Below are positions 27,420-40,699 of a DNA stretch of 64,000 bases, piece by piece. Below the pieces are notes generated by a model, which searched no databases, was not told where the DNA came from, and saw only the letters and a program-made list of their open reading frames with translations. A program made the translations under genes and the position numbers. This DNA comes from Octopus sinensis. Its lineage: Eukaryota. The stretch covers positions 86,118,001 to 86,182,000 of the forward strand of contig NC_043001.1 in the NCBI RefSeq assembly GCF_006345805.1, in the 5' to 3' direction. Positions within the stretch are counted from its first letter, which is position 1. Each line of letters opens with the position of its first letter.

Positions 27420-27645
27420 AGAGTTTTAGAAAAAGACAAAAGACAAAGACAGTTGGTGTACAAAACAAACAGATATATTAGTATAACGCTTAGGAATAGA
27501 AAAAGTATTTTACGTTTCGAGCCTACGCTCTTCTACAGAAAGGGACACAGAAAAAAGAAGCAGAGAAAAAAATGTGTGTAGTGGCTAACGATCTATCATG
27601 GCGACTGACTTCGGACAGAAGGGTCACACACGAGAGGGAAGAAGT
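27417..27645 (-). mobile_element. Penelope-like terminal repeat remnant abutting (TA)n
   Basis: Minus-strand CTGTAGAAGAGCGTAGGCTCGAAACG hammerhead-like core of the kind found at PLE ends; family assignment inferred. Confidence 0.45.
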
Positions 27646-28049
27646 AGGGGAGATAACAAAGTAAAGATGACAAAGTAAAGATGACAAAGTAAAGATGACC
27701 CCCAACATGAAGGTGCGTGTGTGTATAAGAGAGTATGTATGTGCGTGTGAAAGAGGACTGGTGGTCTGGACGTGTGCGTGTATGTATGTGTAGGTGTGAA
27801 AATGTGGGGATGGGTGTGTGGGTGGTGTGCTGTGATGTGATGTGTAATGTTGTATGGTGTAGTGTGGTGTGGTGTGATGTTGTTGGGAGGTGGGGGAGGT
27901 GAGAGTGGGGAAAGCACGGGTGGTATGTGGGTTTGGCTGAGGGTTGGGGTAGAGTTGGGGTTTGTGGGTGTCAAAGACGACGTGTGGGCGTTCAGCTTTA
28001 GCCGAACGAACTGCATGAATGAGTTCTTTTTTAGTGATCAAATATCAAA

Positions 28050-28250
28050 TGTATGTGCTGTGCATTAGCGAACTCCCTACATCAAATCGACGTTGCCTGA
28101 GCAAGTTCGCGATGTACTACACTTCAGGTGTCGAAGTGATCGCAGAACAATGTGAGATGAAGTGTTTTGCTCAAGAACACAATGCACTACCTCAATTGAA
28201 AACACGATCTCGCAATCGTGACTGCAACTCCCTAACCACTAGGCCATACT
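28050..28250 (-). mobile_element. tRNA-derived SINE of another family
   Basis: Minus strand GTATGGCCTAGTGGTTAGGGAGTTGCAGTCACG...TGTGTTCTTGAGCAAAACACTTCAT; related copies near 49960-50190 and 54578-54790. Confidence 0.65.
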
Positions 28251-28289
28251 CTCACACACACACGTACACACGCATGCACGCATACTTTT

Positions 28290-28496
28290 TACTCTCTCTT
28301 TTACTCTTTTACTTGTTTCAGTAATTTGACTGCGGCCATGCTGGAGCACCGCCTTTAATCGAGCAACTCGACCCCGGGACTTATTCTTTTGTAAGCTCAG
28401 TACTTATTCTATCGTTCCCTTTTGACATAAACACACCAGCATTGGTTGTCAAACAATGCTAGGAGGACAAACACAGATACGCAAACACACACATGC

Positions 28497-28560
<64 letters not shown>

Positions 28561-28715
28561 GACGGGCTTCTTTCAGTTTCCGTCTACCAAATCCACTCAC
28601 AAGGCTTTGGTCGGCCCGAGGCTATAGTAGAAGACACTTGCCCAAGGTACCACGCAGTGGGACTGAACCCCGAACCATGTGGTTGGTAAACAAGCTACTT
28701 ACCACACAGCCACTC
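28290..28715 (-). mobile_element. Family A tRNA SINE
   Basis: Matches the other family A copies. Confidence 0.9.
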
Positions 28716-29208
28716 ATAATTTTTAAAAAAAACCTTTTAAATCTGTATAGCATTTATGTTGGTCATAAATTTTGGCACAAGTCAAGCAAGATCGGGGGAT
28801 AGGGGTAAATCGATTATATTAACCCCAGTGGTTAAATGGCACTTATTCTGTCGACCCCCAAAGAGATAAAAGGTAAAGTCGACCTCGACGGAATTTGAAC
28901 TCTGGACGTTAAGACGCACAAAATGCTATGTATTTTGCCTGGCATGCTAACGACTCTGCCAGCTCGCCACCTTGCATTGTATGTATATTTTTTCTACTCT
29001 AAGCACAAGGCCCAAAATTTGGGGAGCGGGCCAGTTGATTAAATTGACCCCAGTATGCAACTGGTAGTTAATTTATCGAACCCGAAAGGATAAAAGGCAA
29101 AGTGGACCTCGGCGGAACTTGAACTCAGAACATAAAGAGAGATGAAATGCTGCTAAACAGTTTGCCCGGCGTACTAACGACTCTGCCAGCTCGCCATCTT
29201 GTATAGTA

Positions 29209-29746
29209 TTGGGTTGTCCGGAAAGTTCTTGCCGATTTTTAAGGGAAAGTAAAAGATCAATAAATACTTGCCATTACATTTTTGATCAGCATAATATGGA
29301 CCATTTTGTTGCACAATGCGTCTCCATCTTTACTTTAACTTGAAAATACCCTCTTCACAGAATTGAGATGGTTTCATGGCAAAGAATTCATCAAGGTATC
29401 TTTTAACGTCATCCAAGGAATTGAAATTGAAATTCAGAGACCTAAGTAAGTGGAGCAATATCTGGTGAATATGGAGGGTGGGGTTACACATCCCAGCCGA
29501 GCTGCAGCAATTTTTGTCTGGTTCCCAAAGCATCAAGTGCCGAAAACGAACTTTCTTATCTTCCATTTTAAAGGGTTACAAAATTAATACAGGTTATAGG
29601 AACATAAACCTTCTTCCACGAAAAGATAGCTTAAACTGTGCTCTAAATGGAGGTGTAATCAAATCCTATTTTATGGAGTCAACCATGTTCTAAAATTAGT
29701 CGAAAGGTAAGCTACTATAAATCGGCACGAACTTTCCGGACTACTT
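29209..29746 (-). mobile_element. Internally deleted mariner (mellifera-like) retaining both TIRs
   Basis: TIRs ..GTCCGGAAAGTTC(T/G)TGCCGATTT; N-terminal MEDKKVRFRHLMLWE joined to RQKLLQLGWDV, PPYSPDIAP and FNSLDDVKRYLDEFFAMKP..F.EEGIFKL; catalytic core absent. Confidence 0.88.
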
Positions 29747-31151
29747 ATATTGCGTACAGAAACATAGAACGCCGCTTGCTGTAATATTATTTTTGGTCAC
29801 TATCAACAGGAAGTATCATTAGTATCGCCCCTGCGACGAATAAAGGAATATTTATTTATTTATAATATTCTACACTCCAGACCGGATATTTAGGGGTCAA
29901 AGGGGCAATTGCCCCAGGCATTCGTTAGATATAGGGCCTCCCTGATATGAAGGGTAAGTAGTACTCAATACAGATGAGGGACACTTCTCAGCAATCTTTC
30001 TTCCATAGGCTCTCTTTCAATAAACAAACATATCTTTAAAAAATGAAATAAATCCTCTCTTTTAGTAAATAACAATAGTTTTAGCTCCACCAGTGACATC
30101 AGTTCATTTAATTAAAAAACACCCGGTCCCAAAGCAGCTTGAGAAAAGAAATGTATGTATGAACGTATCTGTGAGTGAATGTATGTGAGTGTGTGTGCGT
30201 GTGTAGGTGTGTGTGTATGAGTGTGTGTGAGAGAGAGTGTGTGTGTGTGCGTTTGTGTGTGAGAGAGAGAGTGTGAATGTATATAAAGATAAATATATTG
30301 ATAGAAGGGAGTTATCTATTGCTTCTAGTTCAAATGTTAACGCATGACTGAGCAGTGACCTTAGATTGACCAATGGCGATTAAAGACACTCACATACACA
30401 CACACACGCACAAACACACACATATTGCCATTTGTAAACTTCATTATTTCAATGAAGCTCTGAAAACTGGACTTATTTTACGAAAGAGCAAGTGAGTAAT
30501 GAATATGATCCAAAATTTTAATTTAGAATTTAGTTTTTATTATAAAATTACATCTCTCAACAACTCAAAGCTTCTTTTTTTTTCAGCTTTAGAATTATTA
30601 CCTTTATGCTAACATGTTTTTCTTTAAACAGAACATTTTTCTTGCTTGCTTTTTTCCACTATTTTTCGTCATTTTATCAAATAGTTGGGCAAAATTGCTA
30701 ACTGGGGCAAAATGAGTAATTACCAATTTCTCATTATTTTTTCACTATTTGTTTGAAATTATTACATTGCGAGTATTGCATCACCATTTCGTATTCTTGC
30801 ATCATCTTTGGGAGTAAATACTAGCCGCTATTGTTGTTGTTGCAGTTGAGGCAGGTACTTTATTTTCAAGAAATTTTTTCCTCGAGTTTGACCCAGATGT
30901 AATTGAGGTTGCTAATAAAATATCTAGATAATTTTTGGTGTTTAACAATCCAAGTTCTTTTCTCTGTTGGATTCCAAGTCAATTTTCCCTACACTAATTT
31001 CAACGGCTGATTTCCTAACTGGAGCAAAATGAGTAATACCTAATTTCAATAATTTCTTCTTTTTAACTGCATAAATTTATCAGGAAGACGGCCAGGTGGA
31101 ATTCTGCTGTAAGTACCCCATATAATCCCTCATAACATATTTTTATTGCTA

Positions 31152-31444
31152 CTATTTAAGAAGAGTGGTCCCGGTGCGCGCACTCGTGTACTCGCACATC
31201 CGCGCTAGCTAGTCGTGACTAGTCGATCCCACTACCTAGCAAAGTAAATAAAAACACAAAAACACAAAATAAATCATTTTTTTACAGAAAGTAAATAATT
31301 TTTTTTAAACAAAGTAAATAAAACACAAAAACACAAAATAAATCATTTTTTTACAGAAAGTAAATAATTTTTTTAAACAAAGTAAATAAAACACGAAAAC
31401 AAACGCGGATGCGTGAGTACGCGAGTACCACTCTTCTTAAATAG
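31152..31444. mobile_element. MITE-like element with terminal inverted repeats and internal tandem repeats
   Basis: CTATTTAAGAAGAGTGGT...ACCACTCTTCTTAAATAG; subterminal inverted GTACTC..CATCCGCG; internal ~2.3 copies of a ~68-bp A/T-rich unit. Confidence 0.75.
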
Positions 31445-31457
31445 AACCGTTTTTATT

Positions 31458-31817
31458 TTTGGAATTTTCACAAAATTTTCGTTGATTTGTATTCTACTCA
31501 TGGAAATTCATACGACTATGAAAAAAAACAAATCAAAATTTTTGTGTATGTGATTTAAGGTCTATTTAGCTGTTACTTTTAGCATATCTCACGACAACCT
31601 GATACGCCCCTTGTTTCTTTGTCACTCTGATGTATCTTTCTCCTCATAAACACACTTAATGGCTTATTGCAGGAATTTAAGTAAAACAAAAACATTCGAA
31701 AAATTAAAAACAAAATTTTATTCATAGTTATATGAATTTTCGTGTGTAGAACACAAATTCGCAAAAGCGTTTTGAAAATTCCCAAAAATTTTGTAAAGCC
31801 TTGAGGGGTTAAATAGG
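31458..31817. mobile_element. Foldback/MITE remnant with ~70-bp inverted arms, ending GAGGGG|TTAA (piggyBac-like end)
   Basis: 31460-31530 approximates the reverse complement of 31715-31782. Confidence 0.6.
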
Positions 31818-32279
31818 TTGCTTAAACCAGGCCCTTTCGGAACATTCACGATGTGAATTTTCCGAGTCCTCTCCCCATCACCACCCCTTTCGCGAGCGCA
31901 CAATATTTTTGTCATATTCGTTTAGAGCAAGTTGTTTTACACCTATTACACTATTTTTTTTTTATGACCGTTTAGTTTGGCCGGTTGTACTTTATTAAAC
32001 ATATCTAGTCCGGTAACGTTTTGATACTACGAGATAAATGTACAGCATTTCTAGAAACTAAACGACGCCTATTTATAATTCATGAGTCGAGACAGAGTAT
32101 TTTCCCTTTGAGAGCAGTGATTGCTCTCAAAGGGAAAATACTCTGTCCCTTGGAACTACTAACGCTTTTTTTTTTAATGCGACGTATAACTAAATTTTTT
32201 ATATTTCTCTGTACACACGCAAATAGACGCACATAGAGACAAACACGCACACAAACATTCCCATATACATGTGGTGTGT

Positions 32280-32323
<44 letters not shown>

Positions 32324-32360
32324 CGTGCGTGCGTGTACAAGAATTCGTATGAATGCACTC

Positions 32361-32391
<31 letters not shown>

Positions 32392-32680
32392 AATTATTGT
32401 ATACAGTGCTCAGGTGCACCACAACTTGTCAAAAGTGCATATAAAGCATATGCAGTAATGTACAAATGTCTGGAAAGCGAACAGTGTATGAGTCAGATAC
32501 ATGCTTGCATGTGTATGGAGGGGGGAAAATCATGTGTAGTGATGGCGAATCTCAGGAAGCATGGAAGTTTTGAAGGATGCAGTGCTCCGACAACTAACAA
32601 CTGATGCTGGCAGTTTGTTCCATGCTTCAGCAACTCTTAGCGTGAAAAAATGTTTCCGAAAGTCATGGGAGCTGTGCTGT
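32392..32680 (-). mobile_element. CR1/L2-type LINE 3' end with (ATT)n tail
   Basis: HSSHDFRKHFFTLRVAEAWNKLPASVVSCRSTASFKTSMLPEIRHHYT*; triplet tail at 32362-32389. Confidence 0.85.
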
Positions 32681-33280
32681 ATATGAATGTATGTGGCTAA
32701 TCGGAGTCGTGTTGATTCATTGTTTTCTTCTCTTTGCCTACGTAAAAAAGGGTGTTACTGTTGCGGAGATTCTTATAGTAGTAGAAAAGGAATTTTTAGC
32801 TCCTATTTCTAAATTCGGTATGTGGTGAAGCAATTAGCTGAACCCTAATTATAATTATTCTTTCATTCTTTTATTTGTTTCAGCCATTTGATTGCGGCCA
32901 TGCTGGAGCACCGCCTTTAGTCGAGCAAATTGACCCAAGACTTATTCTTTGTAAGCCTAGTATTTATTCTATCCGTCTCTCTTGCCGAACCGCTAGATGA
33001 TGGGGACGTAAACACACCAGCATCAGTTGTCAAGCGATGTTGGGGAGACAAACACAGGCATAAAAACATAGATATATATATTCCTCCCCACCACTACAAA
33101 CTCAATACCACGATAAAATGGTCAAAACTTTTCACACAGGAACTTAGTTTGATTTGAAAACCCCACTAGAGTGGGAGAAAGCGCTAATACATGATCTAAG
33201 TTATATGATGTATAAAAAATGTAATATACAAATAAATATCTGTAAATATATACCATCCGATTTTCTGAGTACCTCATTTC

Positions 33281-33359
<79 letters not shown>

Positions 33360-33409
33360 TAAACAGTAAAAATAATTACAGACATGGACAAGAACATGAA
33401 ACACCACAG

Positions 33410-33990
33410 AGACGACACAAGAACCACAGGACGGGACATTCGAAGCCCTTAGTCATCAGTCAAGAACCAGATCATCTTAGCAATTTCGGCTGATTAATCT
33501 TGAGATTGCTCCGATATGGGCAGCCCGCCAAGGGAAATCTAAGCCAAGCGCATTAGATCCCCTGGAAGAAAGCTTCGAATGTATACAACACGAGGACGGA
33601 AAACGAACGAAGTACACGAACAAAAATACAGAATACGTGACACCAATAAGAATACAAAAACGTAAAAACAATAACGGTAAAATAAAAAAACAAAACGAAA
33701 CCAGGACGTAGGACAAGGGTCTTTCGACACAGGACGAGTTGAGTATGGGGCTGGCTTGTGAAGTTGTGCCTAATGGCCGCAGGGAGACGAACAAATACGT
33801 GTTGCTTCAGCGGTGCTGGAACGAAAAGAGCGCTCAACAGCGGCTAGCGGTCACGTGAGAACAAAAGACAGGAGAAAGGGACAGATGAAAAGAGAGAGAA
33901 GGTGGACGAGGGAGGAGAAGAAAGAGACAGATCGAGGGGGCTGGAGGTGAGAGAGATAGAGAAACGTAGAAGGGGGGGAAGACGGATGGG
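33410..33990 (-). mobile_element. Penelope-like non-coding terminal repeat unit
   Basis: Shares GGAGCAATCTCAAGATTAATCAGCCGAAATTG...CTGAWGA..GGCTTCGAATG and CTCACGTGACC with 41245-42358. Confidence 0.6.
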
Positions 33991-34039
33991 GGGGAAAGAA
34001 AGGAAGGGGAATAAGGGAGGAGAGAGAGAGAGAGAAAGA

Positions 34040-34268
34040 GACAGATTCTTTCAGTTTCCGTCTACCAAATCCACTCACAAGGCTTTGGTCGGCCCGAGGC
34101 TATTGTAGAAGACACTTGCCCAAGGTGCCACGCAGTGGGACTGAACCCGGAACCATGTGGTTGGTAAGCAAGTTACTTACTACACAGCCACTCCTCCGCC
34201 TATAACAGCTTACCTCACAGCCACTCCTGCGCCTATAACAACTTACCACACAGCCACTCCTGCGCCTG
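34040..34268 (-). mobile_element. Family A SINE 5' half with triplicated head
   Basis: Three tandem ~32-bp copies of CTTAC..CACAGCCACTCCT.CGCCT at 34176-34267. Confidence 0.85.
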
Positions 34269-34282
34269 TTTATAATTATAGA

Positions 34283-34315
<33 letters not shown>

Positions 34316-34539
34316 TGTACGTATGTGTGTATGTGTGTATGTATGTATGTATATATGTATGTATGTATGTATGTATGCATGCATGATCTCTCCGTTTTTA
34401 ATTTGGAGTAAATTTTGTCCGGCAACGTACTTGGTAGCAAGGTTATCCTTGAATCGCATGTTGGTCATCGTCCTTTAAATCTCAAAAATGTCTTGCAGAT
34501 TTTTATTGGCCAATATATCGTGACTATATGCAGTGTACA

Positions 34540-34960
34540 AATTAAGTATTTGCCTTCTCTTCCCCAATAACCCATGTTTAGCCATATTTTGCACTAGGCG
34601 GTTTAATATATATCTTGTTCCTCCAATAATGACAGGTATGAAACTGAAAGTTTATCTTGAGAACTGTATTTGGAAACCCCTTATCAACAGTTCATAGGTG
34701 TCCTCTTTTCCTCTTCTCCGAGATTAGGAGCCCTAAAGCCTAAGCTTCATTAATTTTATGGTAGATCCACCACTGATCAAGACATGCAATTCGAAACTTG
34801 GTGGTTAAAAAATGTTGCCGAAAGGATATGATACGACATTCAAAGACAGTCTGGATATTAAGCCTATGCCCCCTTGTTTCCGTTTTAGGTAGTGGGTGTC
34901 TACGTTGCTGTTGATGTGGAAATTAGGTGCGCTGGCTAGTATCTCAGGGTTGCAATTATC
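34540..34960 (-). mobile_element. Degenerate R4/Dong-like RLE fragment
   Basis: Minus strand ..KLSFIPVIIGGTRYILNRLVQNMAKHG. Confidence 0.5.
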
Positions 34961-35039
34961 TTCGTCAGTTTCCGTGAAAAATGTTTATTCGATCAGAAAA
35001 CAGGATTTGAAAGCACGTATTGTCATGTGAACAGTTAAC

Positions 35040-35720
35040 ACTCCTCTCGAAGTGGAAGAGGCAAGCGGGTGTGTACGTGCTTGCTCTGTTTGCCGGGTCG
35101 AAGCGGAAGTGGAACCTAATCGGTGTGCCGTGTGCGCGAGCGCGCGCGTGTGTGTGTGTGTGTGTGAGTGTGCGAACGTGTTCTGTTTCATGTATTTATG
35201 TGTGTGGAATGTAGATAACAAAAACAATGTTGCATTTTAAACTTGAGAAAAACCTTGTACATTTGTTCTTACTTGCTTCACTTGTGAATGTAAAATCGGA
35301 TAATTTCCAAGAATCAACGTCGAAATAATTGCTCCTGATGCGACCGCAACTTGCTTCATCACAACAGACTGTTTATAGTCCATTTCGGCCCAGTAATAGA
35401 ACAAATTTACGAGCCAAGATTCTTGCTTAGCTCACCAGAGCTTTTCTTAGCATCAAGTCAAATGGCTCAGTGGTTTGCCAAATTACTTGCAGGTATTGAT
35501 CAGTTTCAACTGTCCAATGATGGGTTTGCAAAACGTTGCTCCCAACGCGGGAAAAAAACCCATCTCTGCCTGCAGAGCCACCCTATAGTTATATAAGCAC
35601 CCGTTTTCAGCATCGCTTTGTCATTCTTTCTAAATTGTAGGATCCGCTCCTACACGCTTACATCAGACCTTGGCCATTAAATTTCAGAATGGATGGACGA
35701 TATCGAATTGTTGAATTGAC
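35040..35720 (-). mobile_element. Internally deleted Merlin-family copy, inverted relative to 36290-37700
   Basis: Minus strand LVNLFYYWAEMDYKQSVVMKQVAVASGAII matches 36410-36505; 35040-35325 approximates the reverse complement of 37200-37625. Confidence 0.7.
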
Positions 35721-35845
35721 CATTGCTATTAATCATTTGACTCAAAGAAATTACTTTCTGAGTGACATTCAACGAATATCATAACTTCGACAATTCAATT
35801 CCTGGGATCTATGGGATTCATCCACAATTCTTTCGCGAATTATAA

Positions 35846-36024
35846 TAGGCGCAGGAGTGGGTGTGTGGTAAGTAGCTTGCTTACCAGCCACATGGTTCCG
35901 GGTTCAGTCCCACTGCGTGGTACCTTGGGCAAGTGTCTTCTACTATAGCCTCGGGCCGACCAAAGCCTTGTGAGTGGATTTGGTAGACGGAAACTGAAAG
36001 AAGCCTGTCGTATATATGTATATG

Positions 36025-36084
<60 letters not shown>

Positions 36085-36289
36085 TGCGTCTGTATTTGTC
36101 CCCCCAACATCGCTTGACAACCGATCCTGGTGTGTTTACGTCCCTGTGACTTAGCGGTTCGGCAAGAGACCGATAGAATAAGTACTAGGCTTAAAAAAGA
36201 ATTAGTCCTGGGGTCGATTTGCTCGACTAAAGGCGGTACTCCAGCATGGCCACAGTCAAATGACTGAAACAAGTAAAAGAGTAAAAGAG
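35846..36289 (+). mobile_element. Family A tRNA SINE
   Basis: Full head-to-tail copy between the Merlin arms. Confidence 0.9.
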
Positions 36290-37700
36290 CCTATTTTCCT
36301 TACACCTCGGAAGAAAGTATCTGAAGGAAGACTGTGGAGATGTTCCATTTGCAAGTGATATCGGAGCTTAATGCAAGATACCTATTTCTCAGGTGCCCGA
36401 CTACCTTTGATGTGGCCTGTAAATTTGATCTTTTACTGGGCCAAAATGGACTGTAAACGGTCTGTTGTGATAAACAAGCGGGGATCGCGTCAGAAGCAAT
36501 TATTAACTGGCATAATTACTTCCGCAACATTTGTGCCATGTGGTGCATCGACAATCCTGTCCAACTTCGCGGACAAGATGTTGTGGAAATTGATGAATCC
36601 AAGTTCATGCACAGAAAGTACCATCGCGGTCGTTACCGGGAAGGCCACTCGTTACTTGGAATAGTAGAACGCAGCACTCTAAGATGTATTTTAGTCCCTG
36701 CCCCGGATAGAAGCGCCACCACATAATTACCAGTAATTAATAAATGTGTGCTGACAGGAACTAGAATCGTAAAAGACTATTGGCAGGCTCTCCCAAATCA
36801 TTCCAGTAGTGAACTACAGTGTGAATTTTGTCAACCGCAATGGCCCCACAATCCACAAGAATACAGTGGAGGGGATGTGGAGACATGTTAAGAGGAAATG
36901 TCGTAACATGTATGGTACCTCAGATGCTCTATTTTCTACTTATCTATTAGAATATTGATGCCGACAATACAACACAAATAATACTTTTATGAATTTCTTA
37001 AAATGCGTTGTATAGTTCAACAGATTTTATTTAATTTAGCTTAAAATTAATAGAAATCATTGTCATTCATATTTCTTTCTCTCGCATTATCTTTAATCAA
37101 AGTGTAAATTTACATTTCTTTTCTCCATTCATGTTGTAATATTTCGGCTCTTTGTTAGTTAAAAAGAAGCACACGGTGTATTATAGTCAATACGGCTTTT
37201 TCGACGTTGATCTCGTTTTCTTGTTGGAAATTACCCGATTATACATTCACAAGTGAAGCAAGTAAGAACAAATGCGCAATGCTTTTCTCAAGTTTAAAAT
37301 GCGACATTGTTTTTGTTATCTACATTCTATACACATAAATGCATGAAACAGAACACGCATGCACACACACACACATTCACACACAGAGCCATTAGCTTCC
37401 TCCAATCACATAAATACACAAGCACATACACGTACACCCATTAGCTTCCACCAAGCACATAGATACATAAGCACACACGTACACCAATTAGCACCCTCCA
37501 CACACATAAATGCATATAAGTACACAGGTACAGCCGTTAGCTTCCTCTTCTACTTTGACACGTCCAACAGAACAAGCACGCACACACATATACACCCGTA
37601 TGCCTCTTCCACTTCTACTGGAGTGTTTACGAACTCGCAGCGAACCGAAACGTAAGCATAAAGCATTCTATCCGACCCTCCAATTGGCCACCTCCCGATG
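36290..37700 (+). mobile_element. Merlin (IS1595/ISXO2-like DDE) transposase remnant plus downstream arm
   Basis: LWRCSICK, VNLIFYWA, VEIDESKFMHRKYHRGRYREGHSLLGIVERSTLRCILVPAPDRSATT, and NTVEGMWRHVKRKCRNMYGTS; frameshifted; another 3' fragment at about 39150-39295. Confidence 0.88.
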
Positions 37701-38478
37701 TTGTACGTTGTTGTTATCAATTTAATATATAGCTCTATCTGCATGGAATAATTCTGATGCTGGAAAGGCGTGTTTCAACTCAAGAAATATTAGAATATTA
37801 GTCCTCCCTTGTCAAAACCCAACATAACAAGCTTGATAAAGATGCCTGGTACAGTAAAATAAAGTATATATTCTGTTAAAGAGGTCAATCTTCAGATGAG
37901 ACCAAGTTTTTTAAAATCATTGAAAATAAGTATATTTAAAGAGTAACTGCTTCAAACCAGCTTCTCAACACAAACTATAACTTTCTATTTGTAATCATAA
38001 CTGTTCCGTTGATTTGAAATTTTGGCAGAAGTCCAGCAAGTTCGGCGGATAGGGTAAGTCTATTATATCGACCCCAGTAGATAACTGGTAATTTTATAGA
38101 TCTCGAAACGCTCGGCAGAATTTGAACTCAGAACGCAATGACAAATGAAATGCCACTGAACATTTTACCTGATGTGCTAACCGTTCTCCCTGCTCATCGC
38201 CTTACAGTACTTAATGTTAGTTAGTATCTAGGTCATTATCTCGGAAACCAGAGGTTTTCAGGCAAAGAAACTGATCAACTCATAAGGACTCTATAAATTC
38301 TGTGTGGAACTAAAATTGTGAAAATATGCAAGATAGTTCTTAAAGTCAATATATAACCGTTAGCCGGTGTTTATGTTTAAATTCCAACAACGGAAATTAT
38401 GTAAGCCAACCTCTAATTTACGTAAGGAACTCAAATAATTCAACAATAAAACTACATTGCTATATATAGTGGAAGTTA

Positions 38479-38709
38479 AGGCGGCGAGCTGGCAGAAACG
38501 TTAGTACGCCGGACGAAATGCGTAGCCGTATTTCGTCTGCCGTTACGTTCTGGGTTCAAATTCCGCTGAGGTCGACTTTGTCTTTCATCTTTTCGGGGTC
38601 GATAAATTAAGTACCAGTTGCGCACTGGGGTCGATGTAATCAACTTAATCCGTTTATCTGTTCTTATTTGTCCCCTCTTTGTTTAGCCCCTTGTGGGTAG
38701 TAAAGAAAT
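38479..38709 (+). mobile_element. Full-length CORE-type SINE with ~16-bp TSD
   Basis: ATATATAGTGGAAGTT at 38462-38477 and 38710-38725. Confidence 0.92.
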
Positions 38710-39055
38710 ATATATAGTGGAAGTTTAAATGGCCAAGTAATTGGCAAGTTCGCTTTACAATGTCGAGATTACGAGCGACGCAACAAACTAATCAAGTCTT
38801 CATTAACATTATGTACAGAAGAGATATCTTGAGAGAAAAAGCAGGGGTATTCTTGAAAAAGAAATCTTGAAGATTCCTAAGAAGTCTTGAAGAATTTTGA
38901 ATGAGAAATAAAATATCATCTTGAGAAAGAATTTGTAAAATCATGATTTGTGAAGATCACATACGTTGATATTGGTTGTTTTAAGTACCGTAAATCCTCG
39001 TGTATAATCCGCATTTTTTTCCCCAAGATTTAAAGGTCAAAATCCCTGGTGCGTA

Positions 39056-39112
<57 letters not shown>

Positions 39113-39489
39113 TTACACACACACACATACACACACATGTATGCCACAGAACCTCAATGACCCCACAATCCACAGGAATGCAGTGGAGGGGATGTGAAGA
39201 TATGTTAAGAGGAAATGTCGTAACATGTATGGCACCTCAGATGCTCTGATGCCGACAATACAACACAAATAACACTTTTATGAATTTCATAAATCCTTTA
39301 AAACGGCATCAAAAATTATTGTATATCGCAGAAGACATCTCGAAGATATTTGAAAGCATTAATATTAAATATTCCACAACTGTACACAGTTTCTCTTCTC
39401 TATACCAAATTATTAAGTCAGCTCTATTATGTTTACATGTTACGCAGTGTCCTAACTACAACATCATGTCCCATCGCTAGATAGTACCT

Positions 39490-39722
39490 ATTTCTTTATT
39501 ACCCACAAGGGACTAAACATAGAGGAGACAAACAAGGACAGACATAGGGATTAAGTCGATTGCATCGACCCCAGTGCATAACTGGTACTTAATTTATCGA
39601 CCCCGAAAGGATGAAAGGCAAAGTCGACCTCGGCAGAATTTGAACTCAGAACGCAGCGGCAGACGAAATACCGCCAGGCATTTCGCCCGGCGTGCTAACG
39701 ATTCTGCCAGCTCGCCACCTTA
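39490..39722 (-). mobile_element. Full-length CORE-type SINE with ~15-bp TSD
   Basis: ATCGCTAGATA(G/A)TACC on both sides. Confidence 0.9.
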
Positions 39723-40699
39723 TCGCTAGATAATACCGTGATGACGAATAGATTTTCGAAAGGTAACATCAGATAAATATCGGATAGATCCTTAAATAGA
39801 GTTCTTCACGAAAAAAGTAAAACATTGATGGAATAATGCAAACGAGATTTTGATAAGGCAGGAAGCTGCGCTTTATGGTGGCATTATATCTAGATTAAAT
39901 GGTTAAATTTAAAAAGTTGTAATGTTAGATCTATTTTGATTTTTATATCTTTGTTCTTTCTTGTTTTCTTTTTGGTATCATATTCGTTCAGCTTCTATGG
40001 AATTCTGTTTTTAACCTATATTTTATAAACTTTCACAACCCCGCTATACACTCATGCACATACGCAAACACATACAGACACAGTCACACACGCAAACACA
40101 CACACACAGTGTAAACAGACCTCCCATTATCTAGGGGTGAGAAAATCTAGAATCAGTGAAAATCGGTCGCAAAACATTGACTGTATACTCCTTAACACTA
40201 ACAGTGTCAGAAAAAACAGTCTTTATAGTCTTCCCTCTTCTCTGGTTCAGTGTCAAGGATTCTTATTACTATAATTTCCATTTCTTTCTTAATTCTTTTT
40301 ATACCCTTTCGTTTAAACTTCCAATCGTAAACAAGAGTCACAATTCTTAACAATAAGCAACAAAACGTATCGTGGCAATCTGCTAGAGAACAGAGGTCAA
40401 CAACAAATGTTTTAAGATAGAAAACAAATTAACACATTTTAATGTAGGCATGCACCCCTCACAAAAAAACTCAGTTCTTGATTTGCTAGAAATTGCAGCC
40501 AAATCTCCCTCAAATGACACCTTACTGCCATAAAATAATGAGTACTCATTTAGTTATTCAAAAAAAGTACTTTAATCCTTTATGAGCCAGAAATAGCATC
40601 CAAATCTCCCTCAAGCCACACTTTCCATTTTTCGACGTTGATCTCGTTTTCTTCTTGGGATGGAGTACATTCAGTCTTTGGTCATATTCCCTTCTATTG

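Noticed and set aside
29330-29566. 78-aa ORF joining mariner N- and C-termini as a possible repressor or domesticated peptide
   Set aside because: The middle of the ORF is out of frame with the PPYSPDIAP region; continuity results from compensating indels in a decayed deletion derivative.
31240-31400. CRISPR-like or regulatory array
   Set aside because: Tandem units without unique spacers, inside a MITE, in a eukaryotic context.
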